This document shows, one piece after another, positions 42,130 to 51,677 of a DNA stretch of 64,000 nt; the first letter of the stretch is position 1, and each line of letters starts with the position of its first letter. The stretch is from the IMG/VR virus record IMGVR_UViG_3300038463_000177. One strand, given 5' to 3'. A model generated the notes under the pieces. It had not been told where the DNA came from. It saw only the letters and a list, made by a program, of their open reading frames with translations, and made no database searches. The stretch is from a virus. The position numbers and the translations under genes are program-made.

Positions 42130-42485
42130 CCTCTTCCAAACGGCGTCATGATCGGCGCCTGCTGACCCTGGATCGCCTGCCGAATCACCGGGTCCGATTT
42201 CGCCGCAACCATGAACTTCGCCTTGACCCGTTCGTCGGCGAGCGCGCGCTGGATGCGGGCCTGTTCGATCTGGTCGAGGTCTTCGAGAAGTATGGCGTGG
42301 ATGTTTTCAAACGGAATTGCGTAACTTTGCCCGAAGTCGTCAGTGCCGCTTAGTATGCCTTCGCCAGCCTGTTTGCCGTGGACCGACACGACGGTGCTGA
42401 GTAGCTCGACAGCTTTTTCCTCGGTTTTGAACAGCAGCGCCCACACCGTTCCGACAGGTCCGTGCGAGATCGACACGTTGAACAT
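42126..42485 (-). CDS. hypothetical protein (antisense moron, gene 2)
   Basis: 119-aa ORF on the opposite strand inside the head module; stop overlaps the portal stop region. Confidence 0.65.
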   Translation of the reverse strand: MFNVSISHGPVGTVWALLFKTEEKAVELLSTVVSVHGKQAGEGILSGTDDFGQSYAIPFENIHAILLEDLDQIEQARIQRALADERVKAKFMVAAKSDPVIRQAIQGQQAPIMTPFGRG

Positions 42486-42490
42486 TCAGG

Positions 42491-42691
42491 TCATCCTTTT
42501 TTGGTCGGACCGTCGGCCCACTCGATGAATTGCTCTTTGGGGAATCGATACGGACCGTGATCGGTGAACCGCTTGAATGGCGGCCGGTTCTTCTTGCGCT
42601 TGATGTAGTTGTAGATCGTGTCGCGATGGACGCCGATGTAGGCGGCAGCCTCTTTCAGGGTGAACCAGTTGCGATCATGGCCGTTTTTCAT
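42491..42691 (-). CDS. excisionase/AlpA-type (HTH_17) DNA-binding protein (antisense moron, gene 1)
   Basis: WFTLKEAAAYIGVHRDTIYNYIKRKK..F is a typical MerR/Xis-type HTH; ATG 42691 (TTG 42697 possible). Confidence 0.75.
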   Translation of the reverse strand: MKNGHDRNWFTLKEAAAYIGVHRDTIYNYIKRKKNRPPFKRFTDHGPYRFPKEQFIEWADGPTKKG

Positions 42692-42699
42692 GAGCAAAC

Positions 42700-42728
42700 C
42701 TTATAGTTCCGCAAATTACTAGACGCAA
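42700..42728 (-). promoter_or_regulatory. sigma70-like promoter for the antisense moron
   Basis: On the minus strand TTGCGT-N17-TATAAG, with the -10 ending 8 nt before ATG 42691 (near-leaderless). Confidence 0.4.
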
Positions 42729-42887
42729 CTGAAAAGTTCATGAGGCTTCCGTTCCGTTCGGTCTGGCCTTCCCTTGGGAACCCGTCGAGGTTGGCCGCGC
42801 ACGATACTGTGCGAATTGACAACCAGGAGAATGGCCATGATCGTTCGCAACCGCGGTCGTAAGCATCGCCGGAAGTAAGCTTCCAAG

Positions 42888-43289
42888 ATGCCGATCCCAG
42901 CTCCTGCTCCCCCCGGCGCACCTCCATCGCAGCCCCCTTTCGGTCAATCCCCGGCAACGGGGCCGACGCCGAACAAGGGCTTCGAAGCGCAAGGGATGCA
43001 GCAGCTGGGCGTCGTCGTTAAGCACTTGGAGTCCCTGCTTCCGCAGCTCGGTGCTTCGTCCGAGGCGGGCCAAGAGGTTTTGAAAGCCCTGAAGGGATTG
43101 TCCAAGTTTGTCCCCAACGGCTCGGTCACCCCGGCCGCCCAGAAGAATTCCATCGAAGCCCAGCAGCGCAACATGGCGCAGAACAACCAGCAAATGCAGG
43201 CGCTACAGGCCATGCGACAGAAGATGGCGCAGGGCGGCGGCGCACCGGGAGGCGGGCAACCGCAGCCCCAGCCAGGAGCAGCGGCATGA
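42888..43289 (+). CDS. hypothetical head-module protein, Pro/Gln-rich ends
   Basis: 133 aa. Confidence 0.6.
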   Translation: MPIPAPAPPGAPPSQPPFGQSPATGPTPNKGFEAQGMQQLGVVVKHLESLLPQLGASSEAGQEVLKALKGLSKFVPNGSVTPAAQKNSIEAQQRNMAQNNQQMQALQAMRQKMAQGGGAPGGGQPQPQPGAAA

Positions 43290-43462
43290 GCATTTTCGAG
43301 ACCAAGGTGGAAATGCCGCCGAAAGAGAACAACCCCGAGGTCGTGTGCGTCCCGATGACGATGGCCGAGGTGCAGTTGCGCAATTTCACGCCCGCGTCCG
43401 GTCCCGGCCGCGACATCGGCACCCAGAACCTCGCGCCCGTCTACCGCGGCAAGCACTACTGA
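43286..43462 (+). CDS. hypothetical 58-aa protein
   Basis: MSIFETKVEMPPKENNPEVVCVPMTMAEVQLRNF..; ATGA overlap; below ORF-track cutoff. Confidence 0.4.
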   Translation: MSIFETKVEMPPKENNPEVVCVPMTMAEVQLRNFTPASGPGRDIGTQNLAPVYRGKHY

Positions 43463-43471
43463 GGAGCATCC

Positions 43472-43654
43472 ATGCCCAACATCTTCCAGAACCCCACCAA
43501 GGCGATCCCGACCTCCGATGAGCAGATCATCCGGGTCGATCTGGACCGTTCCGACATCGGCGGCCGGCCGTCGCACATGCCGGCCCAGCAGAAGGCGCCG
43601 GGGATGGGCATCAGCCACGTCCCGAACGCCGGATCTTCGCCGGGGAGCAAGTAA
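43472..43654 (+). CDS. hypothetical small protein
   Basis: 60 aa after GAGGAG. Confidence 0.45.
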   Translation: MPNIFQNPTKAIPTSDEQIIRVDLDRSDIGGRPSHMPAQQKAPGMGISHVPNAGSSPGSK

Positions 43655-43657
43655 GCG

Positions 43658-44248
43658 ATGCCGAAGATCGAGGTCGACGAGGCCGAGTACAACCGGATGC
43701 ACGCGCTGGCGGTCGTCGCCAATCGCATGGTCCAGAATCCCGCCGCGCGCCGCCGCCTCGAGGAGGCGCACAAGATCGTCGAGCCCAACGCTCCGACCCC
43801 CTTCCTCGACCAGGAGCGCCTGCGCGAGGAACCGATCAACGCTCTCAAGACCGAGATGCAGGCCAAGCTTGATGCGCTCCAGAAGGAGCGCGACGACGAG
43901 CGGCGCGAAGCCAGCATCCGCAGCACGCTCGACAAGCAGGAGCGCGCCTTCGCCAAGCTCAAGCGCGAGCACCGGTACACCGATGAGGGCGTCAAGGCGG
44001 TCCGTGAGCTGATGGAGGCCAAGGGCCTTCTCGACGTGGACGATGCCGTCGCTATTTTCGAGCGCTCCAATCCGCCGCAGATGCCCGCCACGCCGGCCGG
44101 CGGGATCACCGGATCCTCGTGGGGCTTCGCGGACACCGAGGAAAAGACGGACGCGCTGATCAAGGAGCTGATCGCCAACAAGGGCGAAGGCAACACCGTC
44201 GATCGGCTGGCCAATCAGGCGTTACAGGATTTCCGCGCAGGGCGCTGA
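43658..44248 (+). CDS. scaffolding protein (by position and coiled-coil character)
   Basis: 196 aa, charged helical, directly upstream of the capsid gene. Confidence 0.6.
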   Translation: MPKIEVDEAEYNRMHALAVVANRMVQNPAARRRLEEAHKIVEPNAPTPFLDQERLREEPINALKTEMQAKLDALQKERDDERREASIRSTLDKQERAFAKLKREHRYTDEGVKAVRELMEAKGLLDVDDAVAIFERSNPPQMPATPAGGITGSSWGFADTEEKTDALIKELIANKGEGNTVDRLANQALQDFRAGR

Positions 44249-44262
44249 TTTAGGAGTTTGAA

Positions 44263-45309
44263 ATGCCACTTCCCGGTCTTGGCGTAGCGCCTGCTGCAGG
44301 GTCACTTTATACAGAGTTGTCAAGTGTAACTCGTAGGGCATTCGTCCCAAAGTTGTTTGTCCAAATCTATTTTGGTTCACCAACTTTGTTTTACATGACC
44401 GGCAACGCCCAGCGCGCGGCAGGCGGCTTGAACCAGGTCACGATTCCATTGCAGGGCCAGTCGATGGTCCAAGGTCAATGGACCGGCTACGGCGGCGCGT
44501 TCAATAGCCCCGTCGTCACCCCCGGCGTCCAGAACGGCCAATGGAATCTGGCCTACTGGGTGGTCCCGGTCCCGCTCCCGTTCGGCGAGACGATCATCCA
44601 GGCCACCGATCGCGAGCTATCGCTGCTCAAGACCCGGATGAATGACGTCTACGCGGTCACCCGCCAGAACATGGCGCGGCTGTCGTTCACGAGCAACGCC
44701 GCCAACTCGCAGATGCCGGATTCGTTTTACAACGCGTTCGACGACGGCACCAACGTGCCGACCTACGGTGGCATCAACCGCAACGCCCCCGGCAACTCGG
44801 CCTTCAAGGGCCAATACATCAATCTCAACAGCGGCACCTACAGTCAGGGCCCCGCGGGCTTCACACGCGCGGGCATGGCCACCTTGCTGGCGGGCACCAC
44901 CGACGCGGCCGGCGGCGAGTGCGTCACCTTCGTCGTGATGAACCCCGGCGACTACGCCACCCTCAACAACACCTTCATCGGCATCGAGCAGATTCATCAG
45001 GTCCCGCAGCTCGGCAATGTCATGTCGATGGATACGGCGGTGCGGTCGTCCTTCACGAACCTCGTCGTTTCCGGCGTTCCCATTTTCTCCGACCACTTCT
45101 GTCCCAAGGGCGAGATATTCGGCATCAACGTCAAGTACACCTCGATGTACATGTCCGAGGACGCCGCCTTCGACTTCAGCGGGTTCTACTCGTTGGTGCC
45201 GCTGGGCCAGATGGGCCAGCAGGGCGTGGTCGTCGTCGGGTACGACATTCTTTCCGCCAAGTCGGTTTCCGGCTTCCACGGCTACAACTTGCAGGGCGCT
45301 GCATTCTAA
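44263..45309 (+). CDS. major capsid protein
   Basis: 348 aa after AGGAG, follows scaffold; size and position typical; the first ~140 nt are unusually AT-rich. Confidence 0.78.
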   Translation: MPLPGLGVAPAAGSLYTELSSVTRRAFVPKLFVQIYFGSPTLFYMTGNAQRAAGGLNQVTIPLQGQSMVQGQWTGYGGAFNSPVVTPGVQNGQWNLAYWVVPVPLPFGETIIQATDRELSLLKTRMNDVYAVTRQNMARLSFTSNAANSQMPDSFYNAFDDGTNVPTYGGINRNAPGNSAFKGQYINLNSGTYSQGPAGFTRAGMATLLAGTTDAAGGECVTFVVMNPGDYATLNNTFIGIEQIHQVPQLGNVMSMDTAVRSSFTNLVVSGVPIFSDHFCPKGEIFGINVKYTSMYMSEDAAFDFSGFYSLVPLGQMGQQGVVVVGYDILSAKSVSGFHGYNLQGAAF

Positions 45310-45321
45310 CAGGAGACTTGG

Positions 45322-46491
45322 ATGCCAGGTAATCTTTCAGGTCCCGGGGTAGGTCTTCCGATCCCGCAGAACCTCTACCCGTCGCAGCTTCAGAACGCGC
45401 CTGCCGATCCGTCGAGCAACCGGCTTGGACTGGCGCCGGGCGAGGTTTTCGTCATCCCCGCCGGTGACTGGATCATCAGCCTCGGGATGTACAACGTCCT
45501 CCAGTTTCTGGATCCGGTTAACAACACGTGGGCGTTCGGTTCGGGCTCGGCGCTCAATCGCGGCGCAATTCTGGTGTCGGCCGACGGCTTTACCGTCCGC
45601 GTCGCCAACCTGACTGGCTGTGTGGTCAGCGCCTCGGTGGCCAACGCCGGCACCGGTTACGTGCAGGCAACCACCACCATTACCGCCGTCGGCACCTTCG
45701 CCGGTGCGGCTCCGACCCTGCTGCCGATCGTCGGTGGGGCGCTCAACATTTCCGGCGGCACGCTGGTCGCCAACGGTGCCGGCTATGGTGTGGCGCCGAT
45801 TGTCATGATCCCGCCGCCCCCGCAGGCGCAGAACAACGCCAACGGCGTCGGCGGTATCCAGGCATCGGCGATCGCGGTGATCGCCAGCGGCACGGTGTCC
45901 TCGGTGTCGATCACCAACCCGGGCGCCGGCTACCCGACCGCTCCGGTCGCGGTGATCGTGCCCTCGCCGTTCGATCCCAACCTCTCGGTCGGCATCACCA
46001 ATGCCACCGTGGCCTTCACGCTGGCTTCTGCCGGTCTGATCATGGGCGCGCTGGTCACCAACCACGGCTCGCCGCTCAACAACGGCTCGCTGGCGTCGAT
46101 CACGCTGACGGTCGGTGGTGCGGGCAATTCCGGGTCGCTGACGGCCAACGTCATGCAGACAGTGGTGTCGTCCTCGCTGAGCACCGCAGGGGTCGGGTAC
46201 ACCACGGCCATGATGACGACGGCGGGCGGCGGACCGGTTGCGGGTGCGATCGCCAACTCGCCGGAAGCCAGCTTCCTTGCGTGGCTGCCGCGCCCGGCGA
46301 ACATCGTCTACGGCGCGTCGGTCAGTGTGGGCACCCCGGCGACCGTTTACGATGGCGGGCTGTTCCTCTCGGCGCCGACGATCGTACAAATTCCCACGCC
46401 TTTCCCGGCTGCTGGCGCGTTCACGCTGGCCACGCCGACGAACGTCATGGGCAGCAAGTTCGACATCGCCATCATCCAGCCGGGACCGTAA
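45322..46491 (+). CDS. virion structural protein with repeated GxGY modules
   Basis: ANAGTGYVQ, ANGAGYGVAP, TNPGAGYPTAP, TAGVGYTTA. Confidence 0.62.
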   Translation: MPGNLSGPGVGLPIPQNLYPSQLQNAPADPSSNRLGLAPGEVFVIPAGDWIISLGMYNVLQFLDPVNNTWAFGSGSALNRGAILVSADGFTVRVANLTGCVVSASVANAGTGYVQATTTITAVGTFAGAAPTLLPIVGGALNISGGTLVANGAGYGVAPIVMIPPPPQAQNNANGVGGIQASAIAVIASGTVSSVSITNPGAGYPTAPVAVIVPSPFDPNLSVGITNATVAFTLASAGLIMGALVTNHGSPLNNGSLASITLTVGGAGNSGSLTANVMQTVVSSSLSTAGVGYTTAMMTTAGGGPVAGAIANSPEASFLAWLPRPANIVYGASVSVGTPATVYDGGLFLSAPTIVQIPTPFPAAGAFTLATPTNVMGSKFDIAIIQPGP

Positions 46492-46752
46492 ATGGCGACC
46501 TACAGCCAGTCCCTGACGGGGGTGAGCGCGAATGCGCGCTACAACGTCGCCAAGGTGATGACGGTACCGGATACCGACATCGCCGGCAACGCCGTCGCGA
46601 TCGGCAACGCCAATGCGGTGGGTGCGCAGCAGGGTGCGATGATGCGCAACGACTACCTGCTGACCAAGGGCCCGGACGGGCTGTTCAGTTATCATGTGAT
46701 CGACGCCGAACGGTCCATCCTGCCCAACTACATCGTCCTGCGGAAGGTGTAG
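46492..46752 (+). CDS. hypothetical structural-module protein
   Basis: 86 aa, ATG directly after upstream TAA. Confidence 0.55.
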   Translation: MATYSQSLTGVSANARYNVAKVMTVPDTDIAGNAVAIGNANAVGAQQGAMMRNDYLLTKGPDGLFSYHVIDAERSILPNYIVLRKV

Positions 46753-46776
46753 GCTGCTCGGCAAAGGAGTTTTGCT

Positions 46777-47541
46777 TTGCTCACAGCCTACCTCGCACAG
46801 ACTCGTCGCCTCCTGCAGCTTCCCGGTTCGCAGTCGACGGGGTTGTACGCCGATTCGGATCTGACTTACTTCGTCAACGTCGCTCGCGGCCAGATCGCCG
46901 GTGAGGGCGAGTGCATCCGGGTGATGGCGACCATCCCTACGGTGGCCGCGCAGAATGTCTACCGCTTCCAGGACGCTGCTCTTGGCGTCCCCGCGACCAC
47001 CGGCGTGCAGGGTATCATCAACATCCGGAGCATGAGCTACCAGGTCGGTCAGGGCGCGCTGTGGATGACGCCGCGGCCATGGCCGTGGTTCTCGCTGTAT
47101 GAATTGAACACGCCGGTGCCTTCTTCCGGTCCCCCGACCGTGTGGGCGCAGTTCGGCCAGGGCGCGGCGCCGAGCGGCGTCGCCAACACCTCGATCAATG
47201 GCGGCAGCTTCTATCTCTCGCCAATTCCCGATGACGTCTACACGCTGAACCTGAACTCGGTCTGCTATCCGCAGGCGCTGGCGCTGGACACTGATGTGGA
47301 GGCGCTGCCGTATTTCTGGACCGACTGCGTGCCGTTCTTTGCCGCCTACTTTGCCCTGATGTCCGCGCAGACCAACGCCCGAATGGCGGAAGCCGCCAAT
47401 ATGTACAAGGGCCACTACGAAGAATTCATGGACCGCGCGCGCAAGCAGTCCAACGCTTCGACCAACCGCTGGCAGTATGACGGCGCCGGAGATCCCGCGC
47501 AGGGTCCGAAGATGGGGATTTCCAAGGCAGGTGGGCAGTGA
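46777..47541 (+). CDS. virion protein (adaptor/tail-tubular-like), paralog of 47538-48482
   Basis: TTG after AAGGAG; N- and C-terminal blocks shared with the next gene. Confidence 0.58.
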   Translation: MLTAYLAQTRRLLQLPGSQSTGLYADSDLTYFVNVARGQIAGEGECIRVMATIPTVAAQNVYRFQDAALGVPATTGVQGIINIRSMSYQVGQGALWMTPRPWPWFSLYELNTPVPSSGPPTVWAQFGQGAAPSGVANTSINGGSFYLSPIPDDVYTLNLNSVCYPQALALDTDVEALPYFWTDCVPFFAAYFALMSAQTNARMAEAANMYKGHYEEFMDRARKQSNASTNRWQYDGAGDPAQGPKMGISKAGGQ

Positions 47542-48482
47542 GCACCATCAATTGGCAATTCTACAGCAAGGCGGTGCAGCGCTTCCTGCGCGAGCAAAAG
47601 CAGGAATTCGAGAACCCTGCCGATCTGCTTGAGTACATCAACATCGCCCGCCGCGAGGTTGCCGGCCGCACCCAGTCGGTGCGCCGCCTGACGCCCATTT
47701 CCGGCCAGATTGTCGGTGCGCAGGTGACCGCGGGCGGCACCGGCTACGTGCATCCCATTGCCAACATCACGACGCCCGATTGGGCCAGCGGGGCGCCGCC
47801 AAACCCCAACGGGCGGCAGGCGGTCATCAACCTGACCCTCTCGGCAGGCGTGGTGACCGGCGCCGATGTCGCCGACGGCGGCGACGGCTATTTTCAGCCG
47901 GTCATCACGGTGGTTGATGCCAACGGTCCGGGCACCGGGGCGGTCGTGGTGCCGACGGTGTCGCCGATCAATGTGCTCAACGGCGGACAGGAGGTCTACA
48001 ATTTCAGCGACATCAATGTGGCGATCTGGCCGGGTGTCGATGTGGTGCACGCCGTCAAGTCGGTGTCGATCGTCTACGCTCAGTACCGCTACTCGGTGCC
48101 GATGTACGCCTTCTCGGTCTACCAGGCCATGGTGCGCAATTATTCGACGGCGACCTATCAGTACGTCCCGTCCTTTGGTGCGCAGTACGGCCAGGGCGCC
48201 GGCGGGTCGTTTTATCTGTACCCCCCGCCCAACAGCACCTACCAGATGGAATTCGACTGCTTCTGCCTGCCGCAGGATATGCGGCTCGACAATTCCATCC
48301 CCGAGGTGATCCCGCAGCCGTGGACCGACGCCGTCAAGTACATGGCCGCGCAGCTTGCCTACATGGAGCTCGGCAATTTCAACGCCGCGCGCTACTACGA
48401 GGATCAGTTCGACAAGCGCACGCTCGGCTATTCGACGCAGGCCCGCCCGGGGCGTAGTACAAATCAATACGGGCGGTACTGA
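47538..48482 (+). CDS. virion protein (adaptor/tail-tubular-like), paralog with GxGY insert
   Basis: LEYINIARREVAGRTQSVRR versus TYFVNVARGQIAGEGECIR; PWTDAVKYMAAQLAYME versus FWTDCVPFFAAYFALMS. Confidence 0.62.
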   Translation: MSTINWQFYSKAVQRFLREQKQEFENPADLLEYINIARREVAGRTQSVRRLTPISGQIVGAQVTAGGTGYVHPIANITTPDWASGAPPNPNGRQAVINLTLSAGVVTGADVADGGDGYFQPVITVVDANGPGTGAVVVPTVSPINVLNGGQEVYNFSDINVAIWPGVDVVHAVKSVSIVYAQYRYSVPMYAFSVYQAMVRNYSTATYQYVPSFGAQYGQGAGGSFYLYPPPNSTYQMEFDCFCLPQDMRLDNSIPEVIPQPWTDAVKYMAAQLAYMELGNFNAARYYEDQFDKRTLGYSTQARPGRSTNQYGRY

Positions 48483-50092
48483 TGATCGAAGCCCAGCCCC
48501 CCGCCGGCGAACAGTCCAACCCGTACACCCCTGCCGGTCCGCCCGACCCGCTCGTCTTTGAGGACTTCGAGGGCATCAACACCGCGACCACGCGCGCCGG
48601 TGTCGAGGACAAGAAAGCCTACTGGCTTGACGGTTTCATGCCGCTCGGCCCGAAGCGCAACCTGCGCACCATGTACGGCATCGGTCCCGCACTGTTCACG
48701 CTGACCGGCGGCAGTCGCGTGGTGTTCTTCGACTTCTTCAACATCGGTTCGACGCCCTACATGCTCGCCGTGACGTCGCTGGGTGGTATCTACGCGGTCA
48801 ACACCAATACTTCCAGCTCGAACCTGATCGCCGCCAACGGCACGATCTCCAATCCGGCACGCGCCGCGGTCGGCTTGACTCAATACGGCAGCAAATACGT
48901 CCTCATCGTCGCCCAGCAGACCAACGGCTATTTCATCTGGGACGGCACGACATTTTACGCTCCCGGTGCATCGTTCTCGGGCGGCACGATACCGACCGCT
49001 ATCGGCGGCACCGCGATTGAGACGTATCAAGGCCGCGTGTGGATCGCGAACGGCCCGACGATCACCTATTCGGCGCCCGGCTCGGTCTACGATTTCAGCT
49101 CTGCTGACGGCGGCGGCAGTTTCGCGTCCACCGATTCGTTCCTGCGTGTCTCGTACATTCAGCTGAAACAGACCAACGGCTTCCTCTATCTGATCGGCGA
49201 CTCGTCGGTCAATTATATCTCGGGCGTGCAGACGTCGGGCACTCCGCCTGTGACGACGTTCACCAACTCGAACGTCGATCCGGAAGTGGGCTCGCCGTGG
49301 CCCGCCACTGTCGATGTGTTCGATCGCAACATCCTGTTTGCCAACGCCTTCGGCGCGCATGTGTCCTACGGCGGGGCGGTGACGAAAATCAGCGAAGTGC
49401 TGGACGGCGTCTACAACTCGGTTCCGAATTTCGGCAATATCACACCGTCGGCCGCCAAGGCGATCATCTTCGGCAAAAAATGCTGGATCCTGCTCCTGCC
49501 GATTATTGACCCCGTGAGCGGGCAGCAGGTGAACAAGCTGCTGCTGTGGAACGGCAAGAATATCTGGTGGGCGTGCCAACAGGAAGTGGCGCTGTCGTAT
49601 ATTCAGCACCAGGAGATCAACTCGGTGCTGACTGCTTACGGAACATCGGGCGCGGCCGTCTATCCGCTTTTCGCCCAGCCTTCGACCGGGTTCAGCAAGA
49701 CAGCACAGACGAAGTTGTGGGACGCGCCAGGTGGCTACCAGCTAATAAAATGGGTCAATCGCCTATGGGGCATCGTCAAATTCTATAGTGCGCTGGCGGC
49801 AAACATCAGTGTATCGATCGACAACGAGATCAGCTCCATAGCCAACGCTATCTCGATCGCTTCCAACCTCGCGACGTGGACTACTCCAAGTGGCGCGCTG
49901 TCGACGTGGACCACGCCGGCTGGCGCGGTTTCGACGTGGACGGCGGGTGGCGGATCGGCCTTCTCCGTGCTGGCGCCCGAGGCGGTTGCAGGGCAAGGTG
50001 TGCTGATCGGCTTCACCTTGACGACCAACGCTGCCGATATGACGCTGGTGACGATGATGATTCAGGCGAACATAGCTGCGTACCGAGGGTAG
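48482..50092 (+). CDS. tail structural protein (nozzle/tubular B-like by position)
   Basis: 536 aa, beta-rich. Confidence 0.6.
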   Translation: MIEAQPPAGEQSNPYTPAGPPDPLVFEDFEGINTATTRAGVEDKKAYWLDGFMPLGPKRNLRTMYGIGPALFTLTGGSRVVFFDFFNIGSTPYMLAVTSLGGIYAVNTNTSSSNLIAANGTISNPARAAVGLTQYGSKYVLIVAQQTNGYFIWDGTTFYAPGASFSGGTIPTAIGGTAIETYQGRVWIANGPTITYSAPGSVYDFSSADGGGSFASTDSFLRVSYIQLKQTNGFLYLIGDSSVNYISGVQTSGTPPVTTFTNSNVDPEVGSPWPATVDVFDRNILFANAFGAHVSYGGAVTKISEVLDGVYNSVPNFGNITPSAAKAIIFGKKCWILLLPIIDPVSGQQVNKLLLWNGKNIWWACQQEVALSYIQHQEINSVLTAYGTSGAAVYPLFAQPSTGFSKTAQTKLWDAPGGYQLIKWVNRLWGIVKFYSALAANISVSIDNEISSIANAISIASNLATWTTPSGALSTWTTPAGAVSTWTAGGGSAFSVLAPEAVAGQGVLIGFTLTTNAADMTLVTMMIQANIAAYRG

Positions 50093-50095
50093 CGG

Positions 50096-50872
50096 ATGGC
50101 TTACAGCATTACCCAGTTCGAGAACAACCTGACCAACCCGCTGCAGGCGCTCGACAATAATTTCACGACGTTCGGCGCGCTGGTGCCGATCCCCTGCAGC
50201 GTTGCCGGTACGAACACGCTGACGCTGACCCAGAACGCCGCGTCCGTGGTGCCGACCCCGACGATCTCGGGCTACACGACCAACATGTTCTTCACCGGCG
50301 TCGCAGCCGCGACGAACACCGCCTCGGTGACCGCGACGGTGGGCGCCGCGGGCGCGCTGACGGTCTACAAGGACGGCCCGACCGGCCCGGTGGCGCTGTC
50401 CGGAGGCGAGATTGTCGCCGGCAACGCCATTTCGCTGATTTACGACGCCGCTCTGGCGTCCGGTGCGGGCGGGTTCCATCTGATATCGAACACCGCGCTG
50501 AATCAGACGCAGCTCAACCCGTCTTCGGTAAAAATCGGATCCGCCAGCGGCAATTCGACGATCACCAACCTGCTTTCCGGCTCGATCTCCCTGACGTTCA
50601 CCGCCACGCCGGGCTGGTCGTCGCAGGATCAGACCTTCACACTGACCGGCCTGCCGCCGTCGATCCCCGCGCCCGGCGACTTCGTCCAGATCAGCCCGCC
50701 GTCGCTGCCGTCGGCCGGCGCGGCGTACTGGGGCATGTGCACCGCGATCGGCTCGCTGTCGTCCACCTCAAGCGTGGCGACCATGAACGTGCGGCTGGTC
50801 AACTCGGCCTCGGCGTCGCTGGCGTCGACCGCGGGTGTTTACCGGTGGTGGGCTGAAAGGACCGTACCATGA
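50096..50872 (+). CDS. fibre-like structural protein
   Basis: 258 aa, S/T/A/G-rich. Confidence 0.6.
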   Translation: MAYSITQFENNLTNPLQALDNNFTTFGALVPIPCSVAGTNTLTLTQNAASVVPTPTISGYTTNMFFTGVAAATNTASVTATVGAAGALTVYKDGPTGPVALSGGEIVAGNAISLIYDAALASGAGGFHLISNTALNQTQLNPSSVKIGSASGNSTITNLLSGSISLTFTATPGWSSQDQTFTLTGLPPSIPAPGDFVQISPPSLPSAGAAYWGMCTAIGSLSSTSSVATMNVRLVNSASASLASTAGVYRWWAERTVP

Positions 50873-51210
50873 GCGGGCTGGCGTCGCTCTACAACGTCCC
50901 GTCGACCGACCAGGAACGGTCCCAGTGGTCGTTCGCGCACATGGCGCACCATCGCGACATCAATTTCAAGATTTACCAGCTGATCGACGTGGCATTACCA
51001 GAATACCTGCTCGACCCGCTCGACCCGAACGATACCGGCACCTGGGAGTATCAACATCAGCTGATGCATGATAATCAGAACCAGCTGTTGGGCATTCAAG
51101 GGCAGGATCTGACCGGCGTGGACTGGAAAAACCAGCAGATTTTGGCGGCTTGGATCTTCTTAAATTCGAGCGAACATTATCAGGCTTCGTCGATATTGGA
51201 GATAGGGTAG
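50869..51210 (+). CDS. hypothetical protein with His-rich motifs
   Basis: FAHMAHHRD..YQHQLMHDNQN. Confidence 0.55.
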   Translation: MSGLASLYNVPSTDQERSQWSFAHMAHHRDINFKIYQLIDVALPEYLLDPLDPNDTGTWEYQHQLMHDNQNQLLGIQGQDLTGVDWKNQQILAAWIFLNSSEHYQASSILEIG

Positions 51211-51212
51211 AC

Positions 51213-51677
51213 ATGGCGGATGTAGCAGTCAAGGAAGTCCCCCGCGAGCCGGCCACCGTGCGGCGGTTCGAGACCGCCGACCTCAACACGCACGGCCCGT
51301 GGCTGCTGAAGCGCTTTCAGGCGAAATTCCCGGCCTTCACCGAGCGCGAGATCGCCGGCTACCTGTCAGGCATGATCTACAACAACGAGCACCTGTTCCT
51401 TTATCAGGACAACGCGGTCACGCTCGCGCAGATGACGTTCTCGGCCGGTATCCGGCCCGAGCGAGTGGTGCAGGAGCGATTTGTCTGGGTGCGCGATCGC
51501 AAGGATCAGGATCAGTTGGAAGCCGCCGCCGACTTCTATACCGAGATCAAGACCTGGGCGAAGCGGCAGGACGCCCAGCGCATCATCGTCTGCGAGGATT
51601 CGGACATTCCCAAGCCGCTGATCATTGCCCGGATCGGACGCATCTTCGACACCGCGATCTGCCATGTGAGGATGTGA
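51213..51677 (+). CDS. acetyltransferase-fold-like protein (tentative)
   Basis: 154 aa; GNAT-like secondary-structure pattern but no Q/RxxGxG/A motif. Confidence 0.45.
   Translation: MADVAVKEVPREPATVRRFETADLNTHGPWLLKRFQAKFPAFTEREIAGYLSGMIYNNEHLFLYQDNAVTLAQMTFSAGIRPERVVQERFVWVRDRKDQDQLEAAADFYTEIKTWAKRQDAQRIIVCEDSDIPKPLIIARIGRIFDTAICHVRM

Noticed and set aside
45337-47415. 692-aa ORF on the - strand across the capsid-proximal structural genes
   Set aside because: It is antisense to four co-directional, coupled structural genes. Its composition is Arg/Gly/Asp-rich junk, and there is no RBS context.
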